Assembly (NCBI GenBank): GCA_002269645.1
Contig: NIVC01000619.1
Coordinates: forward strand, 144,601-208,600
Source of the DNA: Macrostomum lignano
Lineage: Eukaryota
Length of the DNA stretch: 64,000 nucleotides
Reading direction: 5' to 3'
The notes beneath the pieces were generated by a model that did no database searches, was not told where the DNA came from, and saw only the letters and a list, made by a program, of their open reading frames with translations. The position numbers were made by a program, and so were the translations under genes. Below, one piece after another: positions 27,396 through 41,407 of this stretch (the first letter of the stretch is position 1; each line of letters begins with the position of its first letter).

Positions 27396-28059
27396 ATGAG
27401 CCACATCGCACATCGAAGTCGCTTCATCGATCGGAAGATTGACAACTCACAGCTGACCGGACTTCGAACTTTGATTTGAAACCCCCCAATTCTGAATGGT
27501 AAACTGAAATTAACACAAGCCTTTATTCGCTGAGCAGTTTTACCAAATATAACAACAAGCAGAAGCTAATTAGACACTTAATGCAACAATAATATTTGTG
27601 GTGTTGAGCTTTGTAAATTTCTTCAAGTTGCCAGTCGTCATGTGGAGGACTTTCAGATAAAAGTTTTTGTATTAAAGTAGTCAGAAAGTGTTGATGCGAT
27701 AAGGTACTCATTCGGCACATATGGATTATATATATTCGTTTTTGCCAAACTTTATTATTTGAAATAAGTTCACAACATAATCGGCGATTATGCGATTACG
27801 CGTATAAAATAACATTTCCTAACTTTTCCGTTTACTTTGTGAATTATTGTGGCGATTCTTAACTCGTCACAAACAAGTGACTAAGCAGCTAACTAACTGT
27901 AGAGTTAACAGAATTTTCTCTTCTTGTTGTGAAAAATCGGTTATCAAATGTGCGAGCTGATTTAGGAAACGTGGAGCCAATTCGATCCATAGAACTATAG
28001 TGGAGCTCGTACCCATTTTTTGAGAAATCTCCAAGAGAAAGATGTGACAACTTGATGAT

Positions 28060-28400
28060 TGATAACTTAGAGAACTAGTACTCGTATTGAAGCCCCACAC
28101 ATTGAAGTCAAAGTAGCGAGAAGGAATGTTGAGCAACTTACTGCTGCCCATTCATGGTTTCCGGATCAGGATGACGACCGGCCTTTACAACTGGCCATCG
28201 TCATCAAATTTAATAAAGCAAGTTCACAATGCTTTAAATATATTTCTAGACATTAGCTCCTTTAGCAGTGTGGAGCTTAGCCATACTGTACAAAATTTAA
28301 GTTCTGATGCGATTTTCGAGGCTATCAAGGAGACTAGACAGCAGTTCGTCCTCGTCTCAGGCCGTCGGGGTTTGTCCGGTAGGTGGGACTTGGTCGACGT
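28060..28400 (-). mobile_element. Degenerate APE-type LINE remnant
   Basis: KFDDDGQL*RPVVILIRKP* is homologous to KFDEDGHLSRPVLILIHEPWMRNG at ~51600, resembling the endonuclease (L/I)xQEPW motif; many stops. Confidence 0.35.
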
Positions 28401-29806
28401 CCATGGTCTCCTCGCCCCTCAGCCCCGACAGATTCTTCAAGCTCCGATGACGGAATGGAGGAGGTTTCTTCATCTTTATCTTTTCCCTCGGACCCCACCA
28501 AAGTAGACGAGAAAAACACGGGCTTCGAACTTTAACTTCCGAACACCCGGCTTTGTTTCCGACTCCATTTGGCAGGTTTTGCGCCCTGGGCCGGGTCACA
28601 GCTGTCGCTACGGTCGCCGAACCGCCGCTTGCAGAAGGCCAAGCACTGCATTGACTTTGGGATCGGCCTGTGCCTTTCTTTTGGCCTGTGACTCGACTCT
28701 ACCAAGCGCTGGACAGGCCGAGGGCAATTGTATCGCCCGTTTCCGCCTTCTATCCCCTTTGCGGTGATACACCGGTTTGCTAGAAGAGAGGTTACGAGCT
28801 AGAATTCAGTCACAGTAGGACCTGATGGTCAATATCTGACCCAGCGGCAGTGCTCTCGCTATCGCTGAGCACTCTCATCGGCCTAGGGTTCCCGAATCCG
28901 AACCCGAATCTCAAGTGAGTCCCAATGGACGGGCACCAAATTTTTGGGCTCATGCCTTCCATTTAGCTAGTTGTGTAATTCAAAGTCTACGGCACGAGGC
29001 CTTCACTGTTGTCCATTTACCATATGTCAGTTCACCTATAGCGCAAATGCAGTAGAGCTGCTAACAGTGGTCATCTTACAAAAAGTACAGAAAGGTCAGA
29101 TTCTTATCTAGGAACTTCAACCGGACCGCCCAAGGACACATCACACTTCCAGGTAAATAGTGCACTCACAATCTCAGAAATATTGTTTGTACATATTTAC
29201 GGTGACGAGCTAGAAATCGCCCAAAGAAAAAAAATGAACGGAAAAATTTCAAACTGCAATAAAAAATAATACAATTTTTGTAATGATACTTATTATTCGG
29301 CGAAAATGAAGGGATACCCAAAAACTTTTAAACAAGTATCTCTAAGGTAACACATTCACATTGAATTTCATGCGAAAAAAAACAATCTCTGCATCGCATC
29401 ATCATCAAATCAACATATTCAAGTCAGACTTTAGAGTCCAGTCAGCTTTGATAAAGCAACTTCGATGCACGATGTGTCAGGAAAGGATATGAGTCAATGT
29501 ATCAATGTATCAGTATCAATTGTTATCTGCAAGTTAGATATATCTACGAATGCTCCTCATGACGACTCGTAACTTAAAGAAATTTACTAAGCTCAATCTA
29601 ACATATATTATTGTTGCATTTGGTGCCTAATTAGATACTGCTTGTTGTTATATTTGGTAAAACTGATCAGCAAATAAAGATGGTATGGATTTCATGTTTA
29701 CCATTCAGAATTGGGCGGTTTCAAATCAAAGTTCACAGTCCAGTCAGCTGTGAGTTGTCTTAATCTTCCGATCGATGAAGCGACTTCGATGTGCGATGTG
29801 GCTCAT

Positions 29807-29989
29807 CTAACCATGAAAATGAACGTGGAAGCCCTTCTTCCTTAGCTTCGGGAACTGCTCCTCCGACAGCTTGGAATCATCCGAGTCGGACGGATCCTCC
29901 TTCGACTCGCTTTCGGCTTTGGCCTCCGAGGGCTCGACAACGACCAGGGCTGCGAAAACCAGAAGTCCGAGAACCAGTTGCCACTTCAT
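29807..29989 (-). CDS. P4: His-rich prepropeptide (GFHVHFH-G)
   Basis: Intact 60-aa ORF. Confidence 0.9.
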   Translation of the reverse strand: MKWQLVLGLLVFAALVVVEPSEAKAESESKEDPSDSDDSKLSEEQFPKLRKKGFHVHFHG

Positions 29990-32233
29990 GGTTGCTTGAG
30001 TCGAGTCGATTCTTCGAGTTGTGTGTAGATTGAGTCGAGTCTGAGCTTGTTGCTTTGAGCAGTCGGGAACTAATAATTTATAAACATCGGATCGGCACGT
30101 GTTTCCGTTCCGTCGAGCGGCGTTGTTTGAGCTGCAGGCTTTCACGTGAGCAGAGACAGGCGTTGCTTTAAGTGAATATCATGTAGCGTTTATTTGCTTG
30201 TTGACGCCTGAGCAATAAAAAGTGCCGCTCAAGTTTTATCAGTGCAAAAGGTAAGCATCTCACTTATCGCGCTGCACTACACTGCACTTGACTCAGTTCT
30301 ATGCGAGTATTAAAGCCCAATGACGCTAACTATCGATTGTGGAGAATAAAATGCATGAAATCGGGATGTCTACCGATTTTTTCGGCCACTGCGTGTCGAT
30401 TTCTGCAGTATCCAATGGCGGTCCTCAACCGGTCAGATGCTAAGCTTGTGTTTAGAATTCCTTAGATTTGATTTCTTAGTCTGCTCGGGAAAGCGTATTT
30501 CAGGAGCCGATTTCGTGTGGTCGAGCGAAGCAGAAAATGCGCGCCATTTGCCAGCTTATATTCTACCGTCTACCGTGTTGCTACAACTGCCGACTTTTAA
30601 TATTTGCTTTTGCAGCCGTTTTGAACCTGACTGAATGTTTCTAAACCATTGTGACGCCCCCGAGCTCTCATTAGAGAATCCATTCATTGAGGTAGAATTT
30701 AACTATTGAACTCACTGCAGTGAGCAAACCCGTTGAAGTGCTGCGAAACGGACCTAATCTGGATTTGGCTGATGATGTAGTGTATGAAAATTGATTTATT
30801 TGACAGCTTTGTAGTTAAATGGGCTAAAACTCCTATTTTTATCATAAGGTGATACGCTTGTATAATTGGTAATATCCATACTCAACAAAGGTAGCTAATT
30901 AAAAAAACTGCTACTTAAGTACTAATACTTAGGTCAAACGAGCTTTAAGTCAAGCAAAACATTTTAATCCATTCAAGAAAAAATAGTATGAGGTCGCAAG
31001 TGTATGCTTCGCCTCATGTCGATGAATAAAATCAAGAATCTCTCTGCCTAAAATTTATGTTTCCGCTCATCACAGCTCGAATCACCGTCCCGATCCGCAC
31101 AGTGATTGCAGATGGTCTTATTTCAGAAGTTAATGAAGCGTAACGGGTAAATGTATGAAAAGGGGGTCCATACACCGATCATTTGGTGAATCTCAAAATA
31201 CATCTCGTAGGTGTGCAAGCATGAATTCAAAATGATAATGCCATAAATTTACGAGTAGCTACACCTTCTTTGTATCGAATTCGAAATTCATTTGACACCA
31301 CAAATTGAAAATTTCATGAACGCATTGATGAGCATCGTAATAAATGTCTGTCTCCCAGCAGAATCGGAGAAAAATGAACGATTAGACTGACAACAAAGAT
31401 TGGAGCAGGACAGCTGAACATCTGCGTCAGAAATGCCAGAAATGAAATAGTCAAGTGTTTTCCAATCTGGACTTGTTCAAGCTTTTCAAGAGAACAGTAC
31501 GCAGTAAGCGGTTATCGACAGCCTCGACGGTGTATCAGCTCTTTAGGATAGTAAAAAAACGTTTGGTGAGATTATGGGGCTTTAGAACATTAAAGTAAAC
31601 AACCCCGTCAAAATACAATGCTTGTACTCCTTAACATTGCGAATACGAGCTATTGTTCTCTTTCTTCTTTTTTTACATGCACTGTCTCTACTGAGATTAT
31701 TCTCCAAGATGAAATGCGACAGCTTTTCCACATTAAAAGTCTCATGCATATTTAGTCCAACGAATACGTTGTTGGATTGCAACGAAAATTGACACATAGC
31801 TACAGTTTCCTGCACTGCAGATATCCCGATTTCGCACATTTCTTCTACACAGTCGAAATATAGTGTAATATTGCTTTACTATGCGACTGAGTTCGCATTA
31901 CGAGTCAAAGAGAGTGCTATGCAAAGCAGTGCAGTGCGGTGCGGTGCAGTGCTTAGAATACCTGCAGTGTCCTGCTCTAAGAAAATGCTAGAGCGGTACT
32001 TGTTTGATTGCTCAGGTGTCAACAAGCAAACAAACGCTACATGATATTCGCTTAAAGCAACGCCTGTCTCTGCTTACGCAAAAGCCTGCAATTCAAACAA
32101 CGCCGCTCGACGGAACGGAAACACGTGCCGATCCGATGCGTATAAATTCGAAGCTGCCGACTGCATAACACAACAAGCTCAGACTCGACTCAGTCTACAC
32201 ACAGCTCGAAGAATCGACTCGACTCAAGCAATC

Positions 32234-32416
32234 ATGAAGTGGCAACTGGTTCTCGGACTTCTGGTGCTCGCAGCCCTGGTCGTTGTCGAGCCCTCGGAGG
32301 CCAAGGCCGAAAGCGAGTCGAAGGAGGATCCGTCCGACTCCGACGATTCCAAGCTGTCGGAGGAGCAGTTCCCGAAACTGAGGAAGAAGGGCTTCCACGT
32401 TCATTTTCATGGTTAG
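32234..32416 (+). CDS. P5: His-rich prepropeptide (GFHVHFH-G)
   Basis: Intact 60-aa ORF. Confidence 0.9.
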   Translation: MKWQLVLGLLVLAALVVVEPSEAKAESESKEDPSDSDDSKLSEEQFPKLRKKGFHVHFHG

Positions 32417-34059
32417 ATGAGCCACATCGCACATCGAAGTCGCATCATCGATCGGAAGATTCAGACAACTCACAGCTGACCGGACTTTGAACTTTAATTT
32501 GAAACCGCCCATTCATAATGGTAAACTGAAATTAATAAAGCCCTTATTCGCTGAACAGTTTTACCAAATATAACAACAAGCAGAAGCTAATTAGACACTT
32601 AATGCAACAATAATATTTGTGTTGTTGAGCTTTGTTAATCTTTTTCCAGTTGCCAGTCATCATGCAGATAATTTGCATTAAAGTAATCAGAGAATTTTTG
32701 ATGCATGAAGAAAGAAATTCATTGAATGGAGAAATTTATTCAAATATGGATATTTATTCATTTGTGCCAATTTGAAACTACTTGAAATTCGCTCAAAACA
32801 TAATGGGCATGTCGGATTTCCATCTTCCAAATATGTTTTGCATTTCAGACTCGTACTTTTCAGTTAGCCGACTCTCTTCGTCTAACATACTCTTCCCCAA
32901 CTTCCAAGTAGGTCCCAATGGCAGGGTACCAAATTTTTGGGCTCATATCTTTCATTTCGACCTTGTGGAATTAAAAGTCTAGGGCACAGACGTCGCTACG
33001 GTCGCCGAACCGCTGCTTGCAGAAGGCCAAGCACTGCATCGACTTTGGTATCGGCCTGTGCCTTTCCTTTGGCCTGTGACTCGACTCTACCAAGCGTTGG
33101 ACAGGCCGAGGGCAATTGAATCGCCCGTTTCCGCCTTCTATCCCCTCTGGGGTGACACACCGGTTTGCTAGAAGAGAGGTTAGAATTCAGTAACAGTAGG
33201 ACCTGATGGTCAATATCTGACCCAGCGGCAGTGCTCTCGCTATCGCTGAACACTCTCATCGGCCTAGGGTTCCCGAATCCCAAGTGGGTCCCAATGGCAG
33301 GGTACCAAATTTTTGGGCTCATGCCTTCCATTTAGCTAGTTGTGAAAATTCAAAGTCTACGGCACGATGCCTTCAATGATTTCCATTTACCAGCTACCTA
33401 CTCATCTCGGTTCACCCAGCGCAAACTCAGTAAAGCCGCTAAAAGCGGTCATCTTTCAAAAAGCACGGAAAGCTCAGCTTCTCATCTAGGAGCATCAGCC
33501 GGACCGCCCAAGGACACAACACACCTTCCAAGTAAATAGTGCACTCACAATCTCAGAGATATTATGCACAAGTTATTGACTTATCGTACCCGGTAAAACT
33601 CAAAAACCCGGAAAATGAAGGTATACCCAAAAACTGCTGAACAAGTATCTCTCTAAGTTAACACATTTACGTTGAATTTAAGATTATCTTCATCGCATCA
33701 TTATTACATCATCATATTCAAGTCAGAATTTAGAGTTCAGTCTGCAACTTTGACGCACGATGCGTCATGAAAGCGACAAATTATTATCTGTACGTCGCAC
33801 ATTTATCTACCAGTCTTCAACATCACAACTTGCAAATTTAAAAAGCTCAACAACATAAATATTATAGTTGCATGGGGTTGCCTAATTAGATGGTACTAGT
33901 TGTTATATTTGTCAAAGCCGATCAGGGCACAAGGGCTGTGTAGATTTTACGTTTACTATTCGGAATTGGGCGGTTTTAAATCAAAGTTTAAAGTCCTGTC
34001 AGGTGTGAGTTGTCAATCTTCCGATCCATGATGCGACTTCGATGTGCGATGTGGCTCAT

Positions 34060-34242
34060 CTAACCATGAAAATGAACGTGGAAGCCCTTCTTCCTCAGCT
34101 TCGGGAACTGCTCCTCCGACAGCTTGGAATCGTCCGAGTCGGACGGATCCTCCTTCGACTCACTTTCGGCCTTGGCCTCTGAGGGTTCGACAACGACCAG
34201 GGCTGCGAGCACCAGAAGTCCGAGAACCAGTTGCCACTTCAT
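34060..34242 (-). CDS. P6: His-rich prepropeptide (GFHVHFH-G)
   Basis: Intact 60-aa ORF. Confidence 0.9.
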   Translation of the reverse strand: MKWQLVLGLLVLAALVVVEPSEAKAESESKEDPSDSDDSKLSEEQFPKLRKKGFHVHFHG

Positions 34243-35314
34243 GATTGTTTGAGTCGAGTCGATTCTTCGAGCTGTGCGTAGACTGAATCGAGTCTGAGCT
34301 TGTTGTATTGTGCAGTCGGCAGCCTCGAATTTATACGCATCGGATCGGCACGTGTTTCCGGTCCGTCTAGCGACGATGCTTGAGGTGAAGGCTTTCGCGA
34401 GAGCAGAGACAGGCGTTACTTTGAACGAATATCATGTAGCGTATATTTGCACGTTGACACCTGAGCAATCAAACAAGTACCGATATAGCTTTTTCTCAGT
34501 GCGAATGCATTCTACACCTTGCTCTGCACTGCACTCTATTTACTCGATATCATTAGCATAGTAATGCAACTGACACTATCTATCAACTGTAGAGAAGAAA
34601 TTCGCGAAATCGGGATTTCTACAGATCGATCGACTCGGCCACTTGTTCTCGATTTGTGCAGTTTTTAATTTTAGATCTCAACTTGTCAGATGCTATTTAC
34701 AATTTCTTAGATTTGATTCCTTACTCGACCCGGCGGAAAATGCGGAAGAACCAGACACGGGGCGAGAAATACGTGGAAGAGCGCCATTTGCAGCTTATTT
34801 TCTTACATCGCCTCGTTCCATCTACCAACGCTCAGAGCGACAACTGCCGACTTGCAACCGCTGGGTTTTCTCAAATGTCGATATCTCTTTTAAATCTATT
34901 GACTTCTTTTCAATCATTGCGACGCCATCGGATTCTCATTGAAGGAATTTTTAATGAGATAGAAAAAATGTGCTAAACAGCCGGGAAGGCGCCGTAAGGA
35001 GTAAAGTCGTTTCGATGCTGCAAGATTGACTTAATCTGGATTTTCCTGATGTACGAAGTACCGAACCTTATTGCAAACTAAATGAAAGTTATTTCCATTT
35101 ATTACTTGTAATATACGGAAGCAATATATTTATACGAGTATTCCGTTTGGCCATATTAACATTGTACATTTTAGCCATAGAGAAATGTTGATTTGATGCC
35201 TGTGTCGACTGCCTGTGTCGATAGAGAAACGACTGTGTTGGGTTTTTTTAAGAGTAAGTAGTTGTCTGTACCTCTACTAAACCTTTTCTGTGACATTTTC
35301 GAGTTATTTGCTGC

Positions 35315-35700
35315 ATGAGTGATGTTGATAGCGTCAGCTTTGAATCACTTAGGCTTGCTGAAGTCGAAGCTGTCTTAAGTGACTTGCCATTGGCACCCGC
35401 AACCGACTATCCGAGTTTGAGCAAGCGCGATCTCAACTACGTTCTTAAGTGTTTTATCTTAGAGATCCGAAATTAACCTGGTAATCGCTATGGCGCTTCT
35501 ACGTTTAAGGATTGTTTTCAGCATGCTGCAATGCTACTTTTTCAATTAATGCGGAAAGCCATGGAGCCTCTGGATGGATGGGGAATTCAATGAGAGCCGA
35601 CGTCCGAAGAGAAACTCTGGTCTGAAGGTGTGATTGGTAGTGATGTCCACGACAACTGGTGAGTTCTGTGATTTGGGGGGTGGTCGATGTGGAGTTGTGC
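35315..35700 (+). mobile_element. Degenerate Crypton-like (DUF3504) tyrosine-recombinase transposon remnant
   Basis: LSKRDLNYVLKCFILEIRN*PGNRY and SEEKLWSEGVIGSD match the DUF3504 patterns LNYxLxxFxLEIR and EExLWxxGVxG; stop and frameshifts present. Confidence 0.55.
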
Positions 35701-37281
35701 GGGGTGATTATCTACTTTGATTGAGTTGATCTGTTACAACCCATTGACTCACTTCTAACTGTACAAGCCAAAAAAACTGGTTAACAACTGCTTACCTTTC
35801 TAAAACATTATAATATAACTTTTCAACTTCGGATTCGTCAAAAGTGAGCTCAAATTGGTCAGCGTATGCAAAGCCATATAGCGCTCAAGGGGAAGAGAAT
35901 GAGTGTCTATGGTAAATTTCTAGAGAAAGTGACTTCGAATTCGTCTAAATAAGTGAAATTCGTCAGTGCAAATACAGCCTGATCAGAAAAAGTGTTTGCT
36001 TTGTCCATGGTAAGAAAAGGTGTCTATGGTAAATTTAGTAAGAAAGTGAGTGAAGTTCGTCTGTGGAAACGTAGCCCAATTTCTTAAAATCTTCATTTCA
36101 TGCTTTGATTTCATGCTTTGATTGTTGTCAGAGTATTTCAGACTCCTCTGTGTCAGAGCATCAAAGCATAGTATGTGTTGCTTTTGCATGTATTTCTTGA
36201 GTACTTTCTTGTGGCGCATTCGTTTGTCTTATTTATTTGGATCGTTTGTTTGGCCGGGACAAATAAATGTCTTTTACATTGCACCATAGACCTTTTCGGC
36301 GCGGCCAAAAGGGTATAAATCGATCTCACTTTCATCTGAGCTACCTGGCTAAGTTGGCAAGTGACTACTAAATAAACTTCACTGATGTCAAAACAATTGT
36401 TAAAATGTGTATTGCTCTTGATTTGCCAGCAGAAATCAGAGGTACCGGAGGAATTTCTTTTTTAAAGAAGCCTGGAAGATAAGGGTTGAAGCTTTATTGT
36501 TTATATGCTACCGAGCAATAAAGCGATGCAATGTTTTGCTACGCAAGCAAAAAAGGCCCATGGCCGAAAAGTAAAGGCATAATGATTCTGTCGTGTAGAA
36601 ACGAGCATCCATAGACTTCAATGTACCACTAAACTTAAAAAACTGAGTTCACAGGCACTCGATATATATGAGAAAGGAGTCCTACATCGATAATATGATG
36701 CATCTCGAAAGTAATCCACGATAGATATCAAGCTTCGAGACGAGGAGACAGGCAGCAAACGTATGGCGTTTAAGCAAAACCATGATCGAAAGAGCTATCG
36801 TTTCTTTAAACCAAAATCGTGTAGATTATCCTGGTATGGAAGATGACAAGAGAAAAATAACTACGACTCGCAGCGGACAGAAAAAAACGATCTTTTCTTT
36901 CGATCTTAACCGATTTCATACATTTAATCTCCCACTGTCGATAGATAGTGTCATTCGGCTTTACGATGAAACTGATTAAAGGTAAATGCAGGGCAGTACA
37001 GTGCAGTGCAGTGCGGTGCGTAGGATTAATTTTCACTGAGAAAACGTTGGGCGGTACTTGTTTGATTGCTCGGGTGTCAAGAAGCAAACAAACGCTACAT
37101 GATATTCGCATAAAGCAACGCCTGTCTCTGCCAATGCAAAAGCCTTCATTCAACTCAAACAACGCACTACAACGGACCGGTGGTCAACGGTCCGGAAACA
37201 CGTGCCGATCCGATGCGCATATATTAACAGCTGCCGACTGCTCAACACAACAAGCTCAGACTCGACTCGACTCAAGCAACC

Positions 37282-37473
37282 ATGAAGTGGCAACTGGTTC
37301 TCGGACTTCTGCTGTTCGCAGCCCTGGCCGTCGCCGAGCCTTCCCAGGAGGAGAACGACAAGGGCCAAAGTGATTCGAAGGATGATCGGACCGACATGGA
37401 CGTTTCCGACCTGTCGGATGAGCAGTTCCCGAAGCTCAGGAAGAAATTCCACCTTCATTTACCTGGTAAATAA
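37282..37473 (+). CDS. P7: divergent paralog, 63-aa prepropeptide (mature FHLHLP-GK)
   Basis: Same signal peptide and promoter, diverged acidic spacer, ...QFPKLRKK FHLHLPGK*. Confidence 0.88.
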   Translation: MKWQLVLGLLLFAALAVAEPSQEENDKGQSDSKDDRTDMDVSDLSDEQFPKLRKKFHLHLPGK

Positions 37474-38228
37474 GCAACATCGTACATCGAAATCGCTTCA
37501 AGAATCGGAAGATTATGACAACTCACAGCTGACCGGACTTTGATCTCTGACTCGGAACCACCCAATTCTGAATGGTAAACTTGAAATCTACTCGGCTCTT
37601 ATTCGCTGATCAGTTTTATTATCTGACAAATACAACAGCATCGTCTAATTAGGCACCCAGTACAACGATTAGATTTTTGTTGTTAAGCTGCGTAAATTTC
37701 TTTGTAAGTCGGAAGTCATAATGGGGAGAAATTTAAAATACATTTAATTTCAATTAATGATCTTAAAATATGACAGAAAAATAGCTGTTTCGAAGGAGCG
37801 ACTTCTCCAAAGGCGGCTGCTGCTCGCAAAGACTGGCCGCTTGTCCGCCCGGCGTGAATTTCCCCAAATTGACCTGCGTTCTACAGGTTCGCATGTTTCA
37901 TAGTGTGCTGGTGGGTGGCTTGTAAAAGTAGCTGCTCTTAAATTAAGAGTAGTTTCGGAGTCAAATTGTGGTGGATGAGACCTATATGCGCGTCAATATG
38001 GTCAGCCAATGTCGTTTTTTCTGTGCCTTGTTGCACTGTACGGATATTTTCGCCCGCATTAAATAGAAGCATTTACTGCTCGTTATTCCAAATATTACAA
38101 TAGACATTTGGATTCAAAACATTCAGCACCAGGTGTATTTGTTAATACGAACTTAGCTAAAGAACACCAAAAAGTAAATGAACAAAAAAGAAACAATCAA
38201 TAAAAACTTAACTACACTCTTAACTAAC

Positions 38229-39458
<1,230 letters not shown>

Positions 39459-39923
39459 GGCATAAAGATACAGCAGATAGATATATACTTTTCTATCTGA
39501 GTTCTTAGCTGAGTTTCGAGTGCCTAGAGTTAATTTTTGCACTAGACAATTGGGCAAATGAATTTTGATACAGAGTTCCGTCAGCCTCAATAAAGTGACT
39601 TCGATATACGATTTGTCATGAAAGCGACTAAAAAGTATCTGAATGAAGATGCATTTACAAGTCCTTTACTTCACGGCTCGCAACTTGAAGATATTTACAA
39701 AGCCCAACAAAACAAACAGTATAGTTTCTTTGCGAGCCTATTTATTTGGTACTTGTTGGTATATTTAATAAAACTCGCCAGTGAATAAACACTGAGTACA
39801 CTACACCTCAACCATTTAGAAATTGGGGGGGGGGTTAGAGTCAGAGTTCAGAGTCCGGTCGGTGGGAGTTGTGAGTGCGAGTCCCTTAATCTTCGATAAA
39901 GCGACTTCGATGTACGATTTTGT

Positions 39924-40114
39924 TTATTTACCAGGTAAATGAAAGTGGAACTTCTTCTTGAGCTTCGGGAACTGCTCATCCGGCTTCCCGGAAGCGTCCA
40001 TCTCGGAGGATCATCCTTCGACTCACGTTCGCCCTTGTCGTCCTCCTCCTGGGAAGGCTCGGCGACGGTCAGGGCTGCGAACAGCAGAAGTCCAAGGGCG
40101 AGCTGCCACTTTAT
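39924..40114 (-). pseudogene. P8: pseudogene of the P7-type paralog (would encode FHFHLP-GK)
   Basis: ATG changed to ATA; 1-nt deletion (191 nt vs 192 nt in P7) after KDD; TATA/E-box segment deleted upstream. Confidence 0.85.
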
Positions 40115-41224
40115 GTTCGCTTGAGTCGAGTCAAGCCTGAGCTTGTTGTTTGTCTCTTTATTTTTCATAAAAGCCAAATGACGCTATCGATCGACTGTGG
40201 AGAAAAAATGCGCGAAATCGGGATATCTAAAGTACAGACTGTTGCACCATGGCCATTACCATGAATTCTCACTTTTAGACAACCCTCCATTAGTAAAGTT
40301 TATTTAGTCCCTTTGTAGCTTAGCCAGATCCCTCAGAGGTAAGTGAGATGATTTGGTCTACGATATGGTTTGGTATATCCAGATTATGTCCATCTCGCAG
40401 CACCCCAACAAGTTTACACACTACAATGAGTTCATGACTGTTTAGCACAAATTTGTTCTATTTAATCCAATGGTGAAAGCCCAGTGGTGTCGCAATTATT
40501 TAAAAGTGATCTGAAAGATTAAGTTCTGACAGGTTGTTGTCGGAAAACGGTGGCAAGTCGGCAGTTGTCGCTCTTAGAGTTGGTAGATGGAACGAGGCGA
40601 TGTAAGAATATAAGCTGCATTTGGCGCGCTACCACGCATTTACCGCGCATTACCACGCACTACCACGCATTACCACGCATTTTCTGGTTCTTCCGCATTT
40701 TCTGCCGGGTCGAGTAAGGAATCAAATCTAAGAAATTGTAAATAGCATCTGACAAGTTGAGATCTTCAATTGGAAACTGCACTAATCGACAACAAGTCGC
40801 CGAGTCAACGATCTGTACAAATTCTGATTTCGCGAATTTATTCTCTACAGTTGATAGATAGTGTCAGTTGCATTTACTATGCTAATGATGTGGAGTAAAT
40901 ACAGTGCAGTGTAGAGCGGTGCATAGGATACATTCTCACTGAGAACACGCTAAAGCGGTACTCGTTTGATTGCTAGGGTGTCAATCTATCTATCTATCTA
41001 TCTGAAGCAAATATACGCTTCATGGTATTCGTTCAAAGCAACGCCTGTCTTTGAGGTAAAGAAAGCCTTTACCTCAAACATCGTCGCTAGACGGACCGGA
41101 AACACGTGCCGATCCGATGCGTATAAATTCGAGGCTGCCGACTGCACAATACAACAAGCTCAGACTCGACTCAGTCTACGCACAGCTCGAAGAATCAAAG
41201 CAACTCGACTCGACTCAAGCAATC

Positions 41225-41407
41225 ATGAAGTGGCAACTGGTTCTCGGACTTCTATTGTTCGCAGCTCTGGCCGTCGCCCAGCCCTCGGAGGCCAAAGCCG
41301 AAAGTGAGTCGAAGGAGGATCCGTCCGACTCGGACGATTCCAAGCTGTCGGAGGAGCAGTTCCCGAAGCTGAGGAAGAAGGGCTTCCACGTTCATTTTCA
41401 TGGTTAG
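41225..41407 (+). CDS. P9: His-rich prepropeptide (GFHVHFH-G)
   Basis: Intact 60-aa ORF. Confidence 0.9.
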   Translation: MKWQLVLGLLLFAALAVAQPSEAKAESESKEDPSDSDDSKLSEEQFPKLRKKGFHVHFHG

